Of a DNA stretch of 64,000 nucleotides, positions 47,467 through 56,213 are shown in pieces. Position 1 is the first letter of the stretch; each line of letters opens with the position of its first letter. The position numbers were made by a program, and so were the translations under genes. Below the pieces are notes generated by a model, which saw only the letters and a list, made by a program, of their open reading frames with translations, did not search any database and was not told the origin of the DNA. Origin of the DNA: Candidatus Latescibacterota bacterium (GTDB taxonomy: Bacteria; Latescibacterota; UBA2968; UBA8231); the NCBI GenBank assembly GCA_965261395.1, contig OZ253462.1:3104001-3168000 (forward strand). Reading direction: 5' to 3'.

Positions 47467-49428
47467 TCAATACGCCACGCCGATGCTGCTAGAACGCAAG
47501 AGTGTCCCGCGCTCAGTGTGGACTTGGACCACGGCGAGGTATAGCCCCGGCGGGACTACCTGCCCTTGGTCGTCGCGCCCGTCCCAAGCCACTGCATAAG
47601 CACCGCTGGTGCTCTCGGCGTCGAGGACGGTACGCACTGGGCGACCGGCCAAATCGAAAATTTCAACGGCGACGGCGACCGGCTTTACCAACTGCAAAAG
47701 GCTGTAGATCAGCTTTACTTGGTCGTTGATACCGTCCCCGTTGGGGGTGAAGACCGGGCTGCTTACCGCCAAGGAGGACACCAACTGGCTGGCCGAAGCG
47801 GCCGTCGTCAGTATCCGCAGAGCATTGGTCAGCACTTCCGGGTTGGCGTCTCCGGGCTGCACCCGCTGGGGCACGCCGCCGTCCTCGGTCTGAGAGTCGA
47901 AGACCTCGGCCTCGACCGAGGTGCCTTGGACGAAAATCTGCGCATCGAACACGGCGCGCATTCGGTAAATGCCGGTCGCCGGTCGCTGCGAGGAAAAGAA
48001 AATGGTCAGGCTACCCAGCTCCGCCTGCACGCTGTCGGGTGTGACCTCGACCCCGTCTTCTCCAGTGAAGAACTGCCGAAACACGGGCGTTGATTGGGGT
48101 GTGAGGATGCGCAGGGCGTCAAAGCCCGTGTCCGCCTCCTCGATTTGGGACACGACATCGTAGGCAAAGGTCGTAAAGTCTCCGGCGGTCACAATGGGCA
48201 CGTCGCCGGGAGGACGGGGGACGGCTAACTCGGAAATCTCGGCCACCAAGATCTGGGCCACGGGTGGGATCGTGTGTTCGACGCTCAGCGATGTGAGCCG
48301 CAGGCCGTCGAGGATCGCGCCGCTTTCGATCCGCACCTCAAACTGGAAGTAGCGCCTTGGGCTGGGTAGTTGGATGAGCTGGCCGGACTCGGTGAAGGGA
48401 GCCGACCACAGGCTCCAGTTGACTTGGTCGTCGTCAACCGGGCCGCGCACGCCCGCTTCAAGGGCCTTGTACTCGTCTTCGGTGACGACTTGCCGCTCGC
48501 GGGTAAAGAGGTCGGTGTACTCGTAATAGACCCGGGGGTTGTCGTCTAGGCCGGTGCGCATCACCACCTTCAGATCGGCGTCGGCGGCTGGCTCGACGAC
48601 TAGCTCGTCGCCGCTCTGGCGCAGCTTTTCCAGCGTCCATTCCACGCGGCTGAAATTGGCTGGCTCTCCGAGGTCGATGATTTCCGAACGATAGGAGCCA
48701 GCCGGCGCAAACCCCGCGCCAAAGAGCTGGAATTCGGCCAGTTCAAACGGGCTGGTCGAAATGACTTCTAATTCGATGTAGCGGACGAATTGCAAGGGGA
48801 AGTCGATCTGCGCTATGTTCTCGCGGGTAAAGTCAACGCGCTTGATGGGGGCGTAGATCGGTTCGTCTCGTTCGTTGAAGCTGGCACCGTCGTTGACCTT
48901 GAGCACGTAGCCGCGGATGTAGTCTTCGCTGAACGGCCGCCCCTCTGAACTGAGGCCCGCCAAGCGCGGAAAAAACGAGATCCGATTGGCGGGAAAACGG
49001 GTCCCCAAGTCAAAGAAAAACTTGGTGCCGTCTTGGGCGATGCCAAAGCGCTTAAACGCGAGGTGGGTGGAGGTGGTGTCGATCCCATCGACTATTTCCA
49101 AGAGGGGGCGCACGACCGCTATGTTGTCCCAGATCAGTGCTTGGGCGCGCTCCTCCACATAGCCAGAGGGAAACCCATCGACCCAACTCAGGCTCGGAAT
49201 GACATTGTCCTTAGAGGTAAAGGCTACGAGTTGGATGGCGCCCGACACGTCGAAACTCATCGCGGTGGAAAGCAGCTCGTGTTCTCGCCAAGCGGCTCCT
49301 TCGTCCCCGCCCACCGTCCACTGGCGGACTTCCGCAGCCGCTGGCTGCGGGGCGAGGGCCACAGCAGCTATGCACAGTGCCACAAGGCGAGAAATTGTCG
49401 TGCGCAAGCCCATCGGTTGGAACTCCAT
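47467..49428 (-). CDS. secreted FlgD-Ig domain protein, paralogue 2
   Basis: DLGTRFP, LAEFQLFG.GF, WSLWS, PSPRRYFQ, FTPNGDGIND, WDGRDDQG..VPPGLY; ends IGVAY; start 49428 or 49413. Confidence 0.75.
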   Translation of the reverse strand: MEFQPMGLRTTISRLVALCIAAVALAPQPAAAEVRQWTVGGDEGAAWREHELLSTAMSFDVSGAIQLVAFTSKDNVIPSLSWVDGFPSGYVEERAQALIWDNIAVVRPLLEIVDGIDTTSTHLAFKRFGIAQDGTKFFFDLGTRFPANRISFFPRLAGLSSEGRPFSEDYIRGYVLKVNDGASFNERDEPIYAPIKRVDFTRENIAQIDFPLQFVRYIELEVISTSPFELAEFQLFGAGFAPAGSYRSEIIDLGEPANFSRVEWTLEKLRQSGDELVVEPAADADLKVVMRTGLDDNPRVYYEYTDLFTRERQVVTEDEYKALEAGVRGPVDDDQVNWSLWSAPFTESGQLIQLPSPRRYFQFEVRIESGAILDGLRLTSLSVEHTIPPVAQILVAEISELAVPRPPGDVPIVTAGDFTTFAYDVVSQIEEADTGFDALRILTPQSTPVFRQFFTGEDGVEVTPDSVQAELGSLTIFFSSQRPATGIYRMRAVFDAQIFVQGTSVEAEVFDSQTEDGGVPQRVQPGDANPEVLTNALRILTTAASASQLVSSLAVSSPVFTPNGDGINDQVKLIYSLLQLVKPVAVAVEIFDLAGRPVRTVLDAESTSGAYAVAWDGRDDQGQVVPPGLYLAVVQVHTERGTLLRSSSIGVAY

Positions 49429-49430
49429 GC

Positions 49431-51485
49431 TTAGTAGGCTACGGCCACCGCCCCGAAGCGCACCACTCGGCCTCGGTCGGTGTTGGCCCCAATGCGCGCC
49501 AAATACACGCCTGGCGCTACGAGCTGATTGGCTTCGTCGCGGCCATCCCATTGCAGCGCGTGATGCCCAGCACCCTGTACCCCGCCCGACAGGCTCCGCA
49601 CCCGCTGCCCGGCCAAGGTCAGTAACTCGACGTCCACTTCGACCGCATCGAGTACGCTGAACAAGGTGTATTCAATGGCCACTTGGTCGTTGATGGCATC
49701 GCCTTGGGGCGTGAAGACTGCGGGCGCGATCACTATTTCGGACAGCACGGACTCAAGAGAGCCGGAACTGACTAGTACCCGCAGTTGATCGGTGCCCAAT
49801 TCATCGCTAGCATCGCCGCCTTCAACACTTTGGGGCAACGAGCTGCCCTGCCGCACAAAGACCTCGGCGCGCAGTTGGTCGGACGCACCGTACACGGTCG
49901 TCTCCAGCCGCAGCCGCAGCTCGTCACTGGTGTCCGGCCCGATCATCTGCGGCAGATAGATCGCCAACTCGCTCCCTTCATCGACGATGCTGTCCGGCTC
50001 CACGGTCGCCAGCGGGTCGCCCATCTCCAGCCCCAGCACCCGGCCCGTAGAAGGCAGGCCCAATCGCACCGCGTCGAATCCCTGCTGGCTGGCGTCGGAA
50101 AACTCGGCGCGCAAGTCGAGGATGAACTCGGTCTGCGCCCCCGCGGGCACTTGTGGCACTTTGCCGACGGGGCGCAATTGGTCAACCGCAGCGACCTCGC
50201 CCACGATCCGGTCGGCCAAAAGCGGAGAGGTCTCGATAGTAACCCAATCGAGGCGGGCGAATTCCCACAAGGCTTCGGTTTCTAGCTGAATGTGTAGCTG
50301 AATATAGCGCCCCTTGGGCACGCGGGGCCGCTGCCCCGGAACCCGGATCGGCGGCGACCAGAAGCTCCAATTGTTTATATCGTCGGCGATGACGCCCTGC
50401 CAACCCACGGCCGGCGGATCCCACGGCCACACGCGCGGCTTGAACTTAGCATAGACATCCTTTTCCACTTCCACGGGCTGGGCCAAGTCGTTGTACGAGT
50501 GATAGGCGATAGGGCTTTCATCTAGCCCAGTCTTGATTTCGATATTGACTCCGGCCTTGGCGTTGGGAGATTCGACCAATTGATCTCCGTCGCGCCGCCA
50601 GGTACTCAAGCCGAAGTTGACCTCGCCGATGTTGATCAGATCGCCCATGTCGATCACTTGGGATAGCCAGCGCGCCCGGGGAACGAAACCGCGGCCGTAA
50701 ACTTCCAACTCAGCCAGCGCGTAGCGCGTGAACTTTGGTGGGGCGTCTGGAAGCACCCGCATGCGGAAGAAGCGCAGATACTGGAGCGGAAAGTCGACCG
50801 CGATAACAGCGTCGAAGTTTTGGTCCACCTTGGCCAACAGTTTATCCAGCGGCAGGTAGTATTGCGTCTCCTGCGTGCCGGCGACACCCGAGCGGAATTG
50901 CGGGGGCAGTTGGCTTTCGACGGCGACCTTGTCGTTGGTGGCCGTCAGTTCGTAGGCTTCGAATTTGTAGTTGGGTCGGTACGGCTCTTGGAAGAAGGGG
51001 TCGTTACCCTCGGGCGGCATCAACTTGAAGTGGTCGGCGGGAATCTGCATACCCATATCGAGCGTGTAGAACTCGCCCCAGATACCGCCTAGTCCACCGC
51101 TGCCCTGAAAGTCGCGGCCCTCGTAAAAAGTGTCGAGATCCCCGTCGATAAATTCCATCGGGTTGGAGACGTGGCCGGGCCGGGAGACGTCGCCGATTGC
51201 TCGCCAGATGCGGGGCATTCCCTCTTGATAGCTGATGTCGATCGGCTGCCGATAGCGCGTCCAGTGGCGCAGCTGGGTCACCACATTGACATCGGGCTTG
51301 AGTTCCAGCGGTTGGATCGCGCCAGGGGTCGTGGTGTTATCGACCATCAGGTTGACCTGCGTCTGCTCTTCCCAATCGAGGCCATCTGCGCCGCCGAGGC
51401 GGAACTGCGCCACTTGCGCTCCAGCCGTGCAGATTTGGACTGCGACCATGCACGTTGCGGCCAACAAATAGAGCTTGAATTTCAT
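49431..51485 (-). CDS. secreted FlgD-Ig domain protein, paralogue 1
   Basis: AGGAGGT SD and ATG at 51485; LAELEVYGRGF, WSFWS, FTPQGDAIND, WDGRDEANQLVAPGVY; ends VAVAY. Confidence 0.75.
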   Translation of the reverse strand: MKFKLYLLAATCMVAVQICTAGAQVAQFRLGGADGLDWEEQTQVNLMVDNTTTPGAIQPLELKPDVNVVTQLRHWTRYRQPIDISYQEGMPRIWRAIGDVSRPGHVSNPMEFIDGDLDTFYEGRDFQGSGGLGGIWGEFYTLDMGMQIPADHFKLMPPEGNDPFFQEPYRPNYKFEAYELTATNDKVAVESQLPPQFRSGVAGTQETQYYLPLDKLLAKVDQNFDAVIAVDFPLQYLRFFRMRVLPDAPPKFTRYALAELEVYGRGFVPRARWLSQVIDMGDLINIGEVNFGLSTWRRDGDQLVESPNAKAGVNIEIKTGLDESPIAYHSYNDLAQPVEVEKDVYAKFKPRVWPWDPPAVGWQGVIADDINNWSFWSPPIRVPGQRPRVPKGRYIQLHIQLETEALWEFARLDWVTIETSPLLADRIVGEVAAVDQLRPVGKVPQVPAGAQTEFILDLRAEFSDASQQGFDAVRLGLPSTGRVLGLEMGDPLATVEPDSIVDEGSELAIYLPQMIGPDTSDELRLRLETTVYGASDQLRAEVFVRQGSSLPQSVEGGDASDELGTDQLRVLVSSGSLESVLSEIVIAPAVFTPQGDAINDQVAIEYTLFSVLDAVEVDVELLTLAGQRVRSLSGGVQGAGHHALQWDGRDEANQLVAPGVYLARIGANTDRGRVVRFGAVAVAY

Positions 51486-51559
51486 ACTGGCCACCTCCTA
51501 AAACAGAGACACTGCACGGCGAATATAACACAAAATAGCAGGTACCTGCCAAATTAAAT

Positions 51560-53524
51560 TCAACCCCAGAATATCACGTTCCAAGTCATGCCGGTGAAAT
51601 GATCGACGATCAAATAGAAACCGCCGGGGGTGAAATAGCCGAGGATCATCCCCATAAAAAAGGGCCGCGTTTTCAGGTAGAGCCGCACGCCCCCGTATTT
51701 GAGCACGAGCACTTTGACTCCCCAAGCGATGAACATGTTGAACCACAAGTGGTCCATGATCCAGATTGGCCCGATCACGTAGCCCAGCGGATGCAGCGGC
51801 CACCAGACGTAGAGCCAGCGCGCGGCCATCAAGATGGTCATAATTGCCGCGCCAATCCCCATATTGATCCAGCCCCAGCCGTAGAAGTCGGTCGGCGTGC
51901 GGAGGACCTTCTCCACATAGCTGTAGTTGCCGCCGCTCCAGATCCACAAGTTGATCGCCCCGTACTTGTGGCTGAGCAGCATCACCATCCACACGGCCGC
52001 GCCCATGGCCACGACCAGCGCCAACGCGATGATCCAAAAGAGCGGCCGGCGGTTGCGCCCCAACTCCTCGCCCAGCCGCAGACTGTTGGCGCAAGAGACC
52101 ATGACGAAATTGCGCCCGGTGGTCCACATAAAGGTCGTTGCCAGAACGACTAAGCCTTGGGCACCGATGACCGACGAACCCACCGCGGACACCAAAATCC
52201 CCGCTGGTACCACCGGCGGCGAGCCGTCCGAAAGCCCGCCCTCGGCCACTACCCGCGAATAGCCAAAAATGATGACGACGCCGAGGAAGAGAATGGCCAG
52301 CCCGAAAGTCAGCGGTAGCCCGGCCAGCCACAGCCAACCTACTATCGTCAGACAAGAGGCTATCAGCATGATCAGGGCCGCGCGGTAGGAGAGGATTTCG
52401 TCGCTGTCGTCAATACTCTCGTCGCCTTTGAACGCCTTGCGCCACACGCCCTTTAGATGCTTGCGCGCCGTCCAGATGCCGCCTAAAAAGAGCACGAGGA
52501 TTGCGCCCATCGATTGATAGGCCAAAAAGGGATCGTGTACCGCGTGGCCGGCCCCGCCCGTCTCGCTGCTGACCACGCCCAGAATGCCGAAAATGCCGCG
52601 CACCGCAAAAGAGAGCAGGTTGAAAAACCACAGGCTGAAGGCAATATCGGTCTTGAGAAAATAGAAGAAGCCGATGATGTTGAAGCGCAGCGCGACATAC
52701 AGGTCGGCTGTGCGGCGGAAAACCGGCACATCCATGCGTATGGGATCAACGTTCTGGGCGATGGGGATGATCTCGGGAAAGTAGTTGTACAGCCCGTGCA
52801 ATGTGCCCCAGAGCGCGGGGATGGCAAAACCGGCCCACATGATGGGGTTTTTGAAGAAGGGACTTAGCTTTTGGTCGTCTTCACCCTCCTCGGTCATAGC
52901 TAGTGGCACCTGCATCAGCGGATAGATCAGCCGCTCGTGCTGGATCCACTGTTTGCGCAGGATCGTCATGAAGGAAATCATCATTAGGAAGAGGGCGCAG
53001 ATAAAGGGCGTCCACACCCCGATGACTGTGCGCCAGACTTCCCAAGGAATCGGTTCGTCCCGTCCACTGCCCTCGTAGAACTTGCGGACGGTCTCCAAGT
53101 CGTGGACCATCAGCCAGTCGGGGATATAGGGATGGATCAGGTCCCGCCACTCGTTTTCGGCGGTGGCGTAGTAGAAGGGATAGCTAATGGCGCTGAGGAA
53201 CTTGCCGACGAAGAGGGTCGGGATCGGCGAGGCCATTACCATCATAACATAGACGACCAGCAGTTCGCGCCGATTTAACCCCAAGCGCGGGTGGACGAGC
53301 TTGAGCAGGGGATTAATAAAGAGGGTCAGCAGGAACAGGATGAACACCGCCCCAGGCATACTGGTGCCCAAGGCCATAAAGGAGCCGTGTAAATAGAGGG
53401 TACCGTAGGCGGCCCCGGCCGACACGCTGAAGGCCCCGGCGCATCCGACCAGCACGGATTTGACGGTAAAAGCTGGTCCTCCGTTTGCCTCCTTGGGTGA
53501 TGTCAGCTCGGGTTTGGTCGGCAT
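51560..53524 (-). CDS. DUF6785/DUF6784-type polytopic membrane protein (putative transporter)
   Basis: Many TM helices; LRKQW..HERL.YP, FSLWFF, RVVAEGG, WWPLHPLGY, RPFFMG.ILG. Confidence 0.72.
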   Translation of the reverse strand: MPTKPELTSPKEANGGPAFTVKSVLVGCAGAFSVSAGAAYGTLYLHGSFMALGTSMPGAVFILFLLTLFINPLLKLVHPRLGLNRRELLVVYVMMVMASPIPTLFVGKFLSAISYPFYYATAENEWRDLIHPYIPDWLMVHDLETVRKFYEGSGRDEPIPWEVWRTVIGVWTPFICALFLMMISFMTILRKQWIQHERLIYPLMQVPLAMTEEGEDDQKLSPFFKNPIMWAGFAIPALWGTLHGLYNYFPEIIPIAQNVDPIRMDVPVFRRTADLYVALRFNIIGFFYFLKTDIAFSLWFFNLLSFAVRGIFGILGVVSSETGGAGHAVHDPFLAYQSMGAILVLFLGGIWTARKHLKGVWRKAFKGDESIDDSDEILSYRAALIMLIASCLTIVGWLWLAGLPLTFGLAILFLGVVIIFGYSRVVAEGGLSDGSPPVVPAGILVSAVGSSVIGAQGLVVLATTFMWTTGRNFVMVSCANSLRLGEELGRNRRPLFWIIALALVVAMGAAVWMVMLLSHKYGAINLWIWSGGNYSYVEKVLRTPTDFYGWGWINMGIGAAIMTILMAARWLYVWWPLHPLGYVIGPIWIMDHLWFNMFIAWGVKVLVLKYGGVRLYLKTRPFFMGMILGYFTPGGFYLIVDHFTGMTWNVIFWG

Positions 53525-53546
53525 TATCTATGCTAGTGCAGAAGAA

Positions 53547-54362
53547 TCAGCCATAAAACTTGGCAACCAATTCGGCCGGCTTGCCATCTACCGTCGCCGG
53601 ATCTAGCGCCTGTGCGCCGAAGACCACAGGAAAGGTTTGGCCGGTGTCCAGAGTGCGGGTCTCGGCATCCATATAGGTTGCGCTGAAAGCGCGGCGGGCC
53701 GACGCGGTGGAATTGGTCCCCGAGCGATGCAGCAGGAAGTTGTGCAGCAGAATGGCCTCCCCGGCCTCGGCTTCTAGGTCAATCACCGCCTCTGGGGGCG
53801 TGTATTGGGCCTCTTGCTCGGCGGGGAGAAAGTGCCGCTCGTTGATGATGCCGTGCTTGTTGCTACCCGGCGCGATCTGCATACAGCCAGTGACTGTGGT
53901 CGCGTCGTCGAGCGCCGTCCACACGGTGACGATGGGATTGGTGTCGATGCCCCAGCCAATGCCTACGTCCTGATGCCAAGGCAGTTCGCGGCGGAGTTCG
54001 GGCGGTTTGTTCATAAACATCGAGCGGAAGACCGAGATCTCTTCGCCGATGTAGCGGCGGGCAATTTGGTGGAAGAGGGGATGCTGGATATAGGCGAGGA
54101 AAAGCGGATCCTGCTCTAGGTCGTCGATGCGCCGGTACGCGAGCGTCTGCACCTCGTTGCCCATGGTGCGGCGCACTTCGCCGTCTTCTTCGATGACCTG
54201 CAAGCGCATGTGCTCGTAGCGGACGCGGCCCAGCATGATGTCGTCGATGCGCTGTTGCAAGGCGGCCAATTCGTCCGGGGACATGACGTTGCCCAGCCGC
54301 AGGTAGCCTTGATCCATGAACTGCTCGTGGTGTGCATCGCCAAAGGTGGAAAGAGCTTGCAT
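53547..54362 (-). CDS. phytanoyl-CoA dioxygenase family (Fe/2OG)
   Basis: WHQD, VWTALDDAT..GCM..PGS, LLHRSGTN...RRA. Confidence 0.88.
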   Translation of the reverse strand: MQALSTFGDAHHEQFMDQGYLRLGNVMSPDELAALQQRIDDIMLGRVRYEHMRLQVIEEDGEVRRTMGNEVQTLAYRRIDDLEQDPLFLAYIQHPLFHQIARRYIGEEISVFRSMFMNKPPELRRELPWHQDVGIGWGIDTNPIVTVWTALDDATTVTGCMQIAPGSNKHGIINERHFLPAEQEAQYTPPEAVIDLEAEAGEAILLHNFLLHRSGTNSTASARRAFSATYMDAETRTLDTGQTFPVVFGAQALDPATVDGKPAELVAKFYG

Positions 54363-54431
54363 GATGTGGTCTCCTTTTTGGGGACAGGGTATAATACAAT
54401 TATAAAGTGCGCTCGTGCAACGCCGCGGCGA

Positions 54432-56033
54432 TTAAGGCTCGTGTACGGTCAGGAGCTGGTCGGCGGCGATGTCTTGCAAGCGCTGCACAGTGCCGCTGGG
54501 CCAGCGGATTTCCACCTCATCGACGCGGGTGCGGTCTCCCAACCCGAAAAAGGGGCGCAGCGCGCTTTGGCACATGTAGCTCGATCCGGCGCGCACCACG
54601 TCCCAACGCACCCAGTCGCCCGCGGCAACGCGGACCTCGGCTCCGACGAAGTCCCCAACCAACCGCAAGCTCAAATAGTGCTGGGCATTGCCGCCGTCAT
54701 TGCGCAAGAGCGCGGCGGGTTGATTGTTGTTGGCTACTGTGATGTCGAGGTCGCCGTCGTTGTCGTAATCGCCCATAGCCGCGCCGCGACTCACATGCTG
54801 CAACAGCAGGCCCGGCCCCACCTGATTGCTCACGTCGGCGAAGTGCCCTTGGCCCTCGTTGCGGAAAAGTTGGTTTTGCTGCTCGTACGTCACGGCGTCG
54901 AACAGGTGGATGTTGTCGTCGAGGTGGCCGTTGGCCACAAACAAGTCGCGGTCGCCGTCGTTGTCGTAGTCGATGAAGAGGGTGCCCCAGGCGAGGAACT
55001 GCAAGCTGGGAACCCCTAGCCCGGACTGAAAGGTCACGTCGGCAAAAAACCCGTTGCCGAGGTTGCGGTACAGGCTGTTGGTTTCCCACTGGTAGTTGGT
55101 GACGAAGAAGTCAAACCGGCCGTCGCCGTCGTAGTCGCCCACGTCAACCCCCATGCCAGCCAACGGCTTGCCGGCGTCGTTGTAGGCCACCCCGGCCAAC
55201 GCGCCTATCTCGGCAAAGCGGCCCCCCTCGTTGCGGTAGAGCAAATTGGGGGTGCGGTCGCCTGCTGCGTACAAGTCGAGATCGCCGTCTGAATCGTAGT
55301 CGATGAAAAAGGCCCCTAATTCCTTGGCGGCGTCCGGCAGCAACCCGGCCTCCTCGGTGACATCGGCAAAGGTGGCGTCGCCTTCATTGCGATAAAAGAC
55401 GTCGCGCTGCGGCCCGAAGGCTTCCGGCCCGCAGTACACTGCAATTCCGCCGGAGCGGATGCAGGGCTCGTGTATTTCGGGACGAAACTTGGCGTAATTG
55501 GCCACAAAGAAGTCCAAGTCGCCGTCTAAATCGTAGTCGGCAAAGGCTGCGCCCGTACTCATCGCCGGATTGACTAGCGCTGGCCCGGCCACGCCGGCTT
55601 GGTCGGTTGCATCAGTGAACCGGCCCGTGCCCTCGTTGCGGTAGAGGGTATTGGGGCCGTACGCGGTGATGTACAAGTCCAAGTCGCCGTCTGAATCGTA
55701 GTCGGCTGCGGCACAGCCCAACCCGTAGCCCGGATCAGCCACACCAGCCTCGTTGGTTGCATCGGTGAATTGGCCGGCGCTCGCGTTGCGGTAGAGCGCA
55801 CTCGGGCCGGCGCTGTTGACGAAGTACAGGTCGAGCCACCCGTCGCCATCGTAGTCGAAAAAGGCCGCGCCCGAGCCCATGGTCTCCATTGGATACTTTT
55901 GCCCTTCGGCCCCGTTCTGGTGGCGAAAAGCGATTCCGGACTCGGCCGCCACCTCGACAAACTGCACCTCGGCGCGGCCTGGCGCAGCCCATAGGCACGC
56001 CAAGGCGGCTCCTAAGAGGGCGCGCTGCGTCAC
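54432..56033 (-). CDS. CRTAC1-family FG-GAP / ASPIC-UnbV protein
   Basis: Signal peptide; ETMGSG, repeated DYDxDGD, GSSYMCQS, IRWPSG. Confidence 0.88.
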   Translation of the reverse strand: MTQRALLGAALACLWAAPGRAEVQFVEVAAESGIAFRHQNGAEGQKYPMETMGSGAAFFDYDGDGWLDLYFVNSAGPSALYRNASAGQFTDATNEAGVADPGYGLGCAAADYDSDGDLDLYITAYGPNTLYRNEGTGRFTDATDQAGVAGPALVNPAMSTGAAFADYDLDGDLDFFVANYAKFRPEIHEPCIRSGGIAVYCGPEAFGPQRDVFYRNEGDATFADVTEEAGLLPDAAKELGAFFIDYDSDGDLDLYAAGDRTPNLLYRNEGGRFAEIGALAGVAYNDAGKPLAGMGVDVGDYDGDGRFDFFVTNYQWETNSLYRNLGNGFFADVTFQSGLGVPSLQFLAWGTLFIDYDNDGDRDLFVANGHLDDNIHLFDAVTYEQQNQLFRNEGQGHFADVSNQVGPGLLLQHVSRGAAMGDYDNDGDLDITVANNNQPAALLRNDGGNAQHYLSLRLVGDFVGAEVRVAAGDWVRWDVVRAGSSYMCQSALRPFFGLGDRTRVDEVEIRWPSGTVQRLQDIAADQLLTVHEP

Positions 56034-56209
56034 TCGCGTTCGGAATCAGCGGCGGCTTCGCTGGCCCCGCGGCCGGCGGCCATGTTGCGGATCATCTTGA
56101 CCACATCGCCAAAGCCCTTGTAGGCCACGGCGACGACAATGGCGTAAAAGAGGACGCTGGCGGCGATAAAGACGAATTGCCATAAGACTTTCCAAGTTTC
56201 GACGTCCAT
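56030..56209 (-). CDS. 59-aa single-TM protein coupled to the SSS symporter (absent from the ORF track)
   Basis: MDVETWKVLWQFVFIAASVLFYAIVVAVAYKGFGDVVKMIRNMAAGRGASEAAADSERE; starts 4 nt after the symporter stop; GTGA overlap with the next gene. Confidence 0.75.
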   Translation of the reverse strand: MDVETWKVLWQFVFIAASVLFYAIVVAVAYKGFGDVVKMIRNMAAGRGASEAAADSERE

Positions 56210-56213
56210 TACA

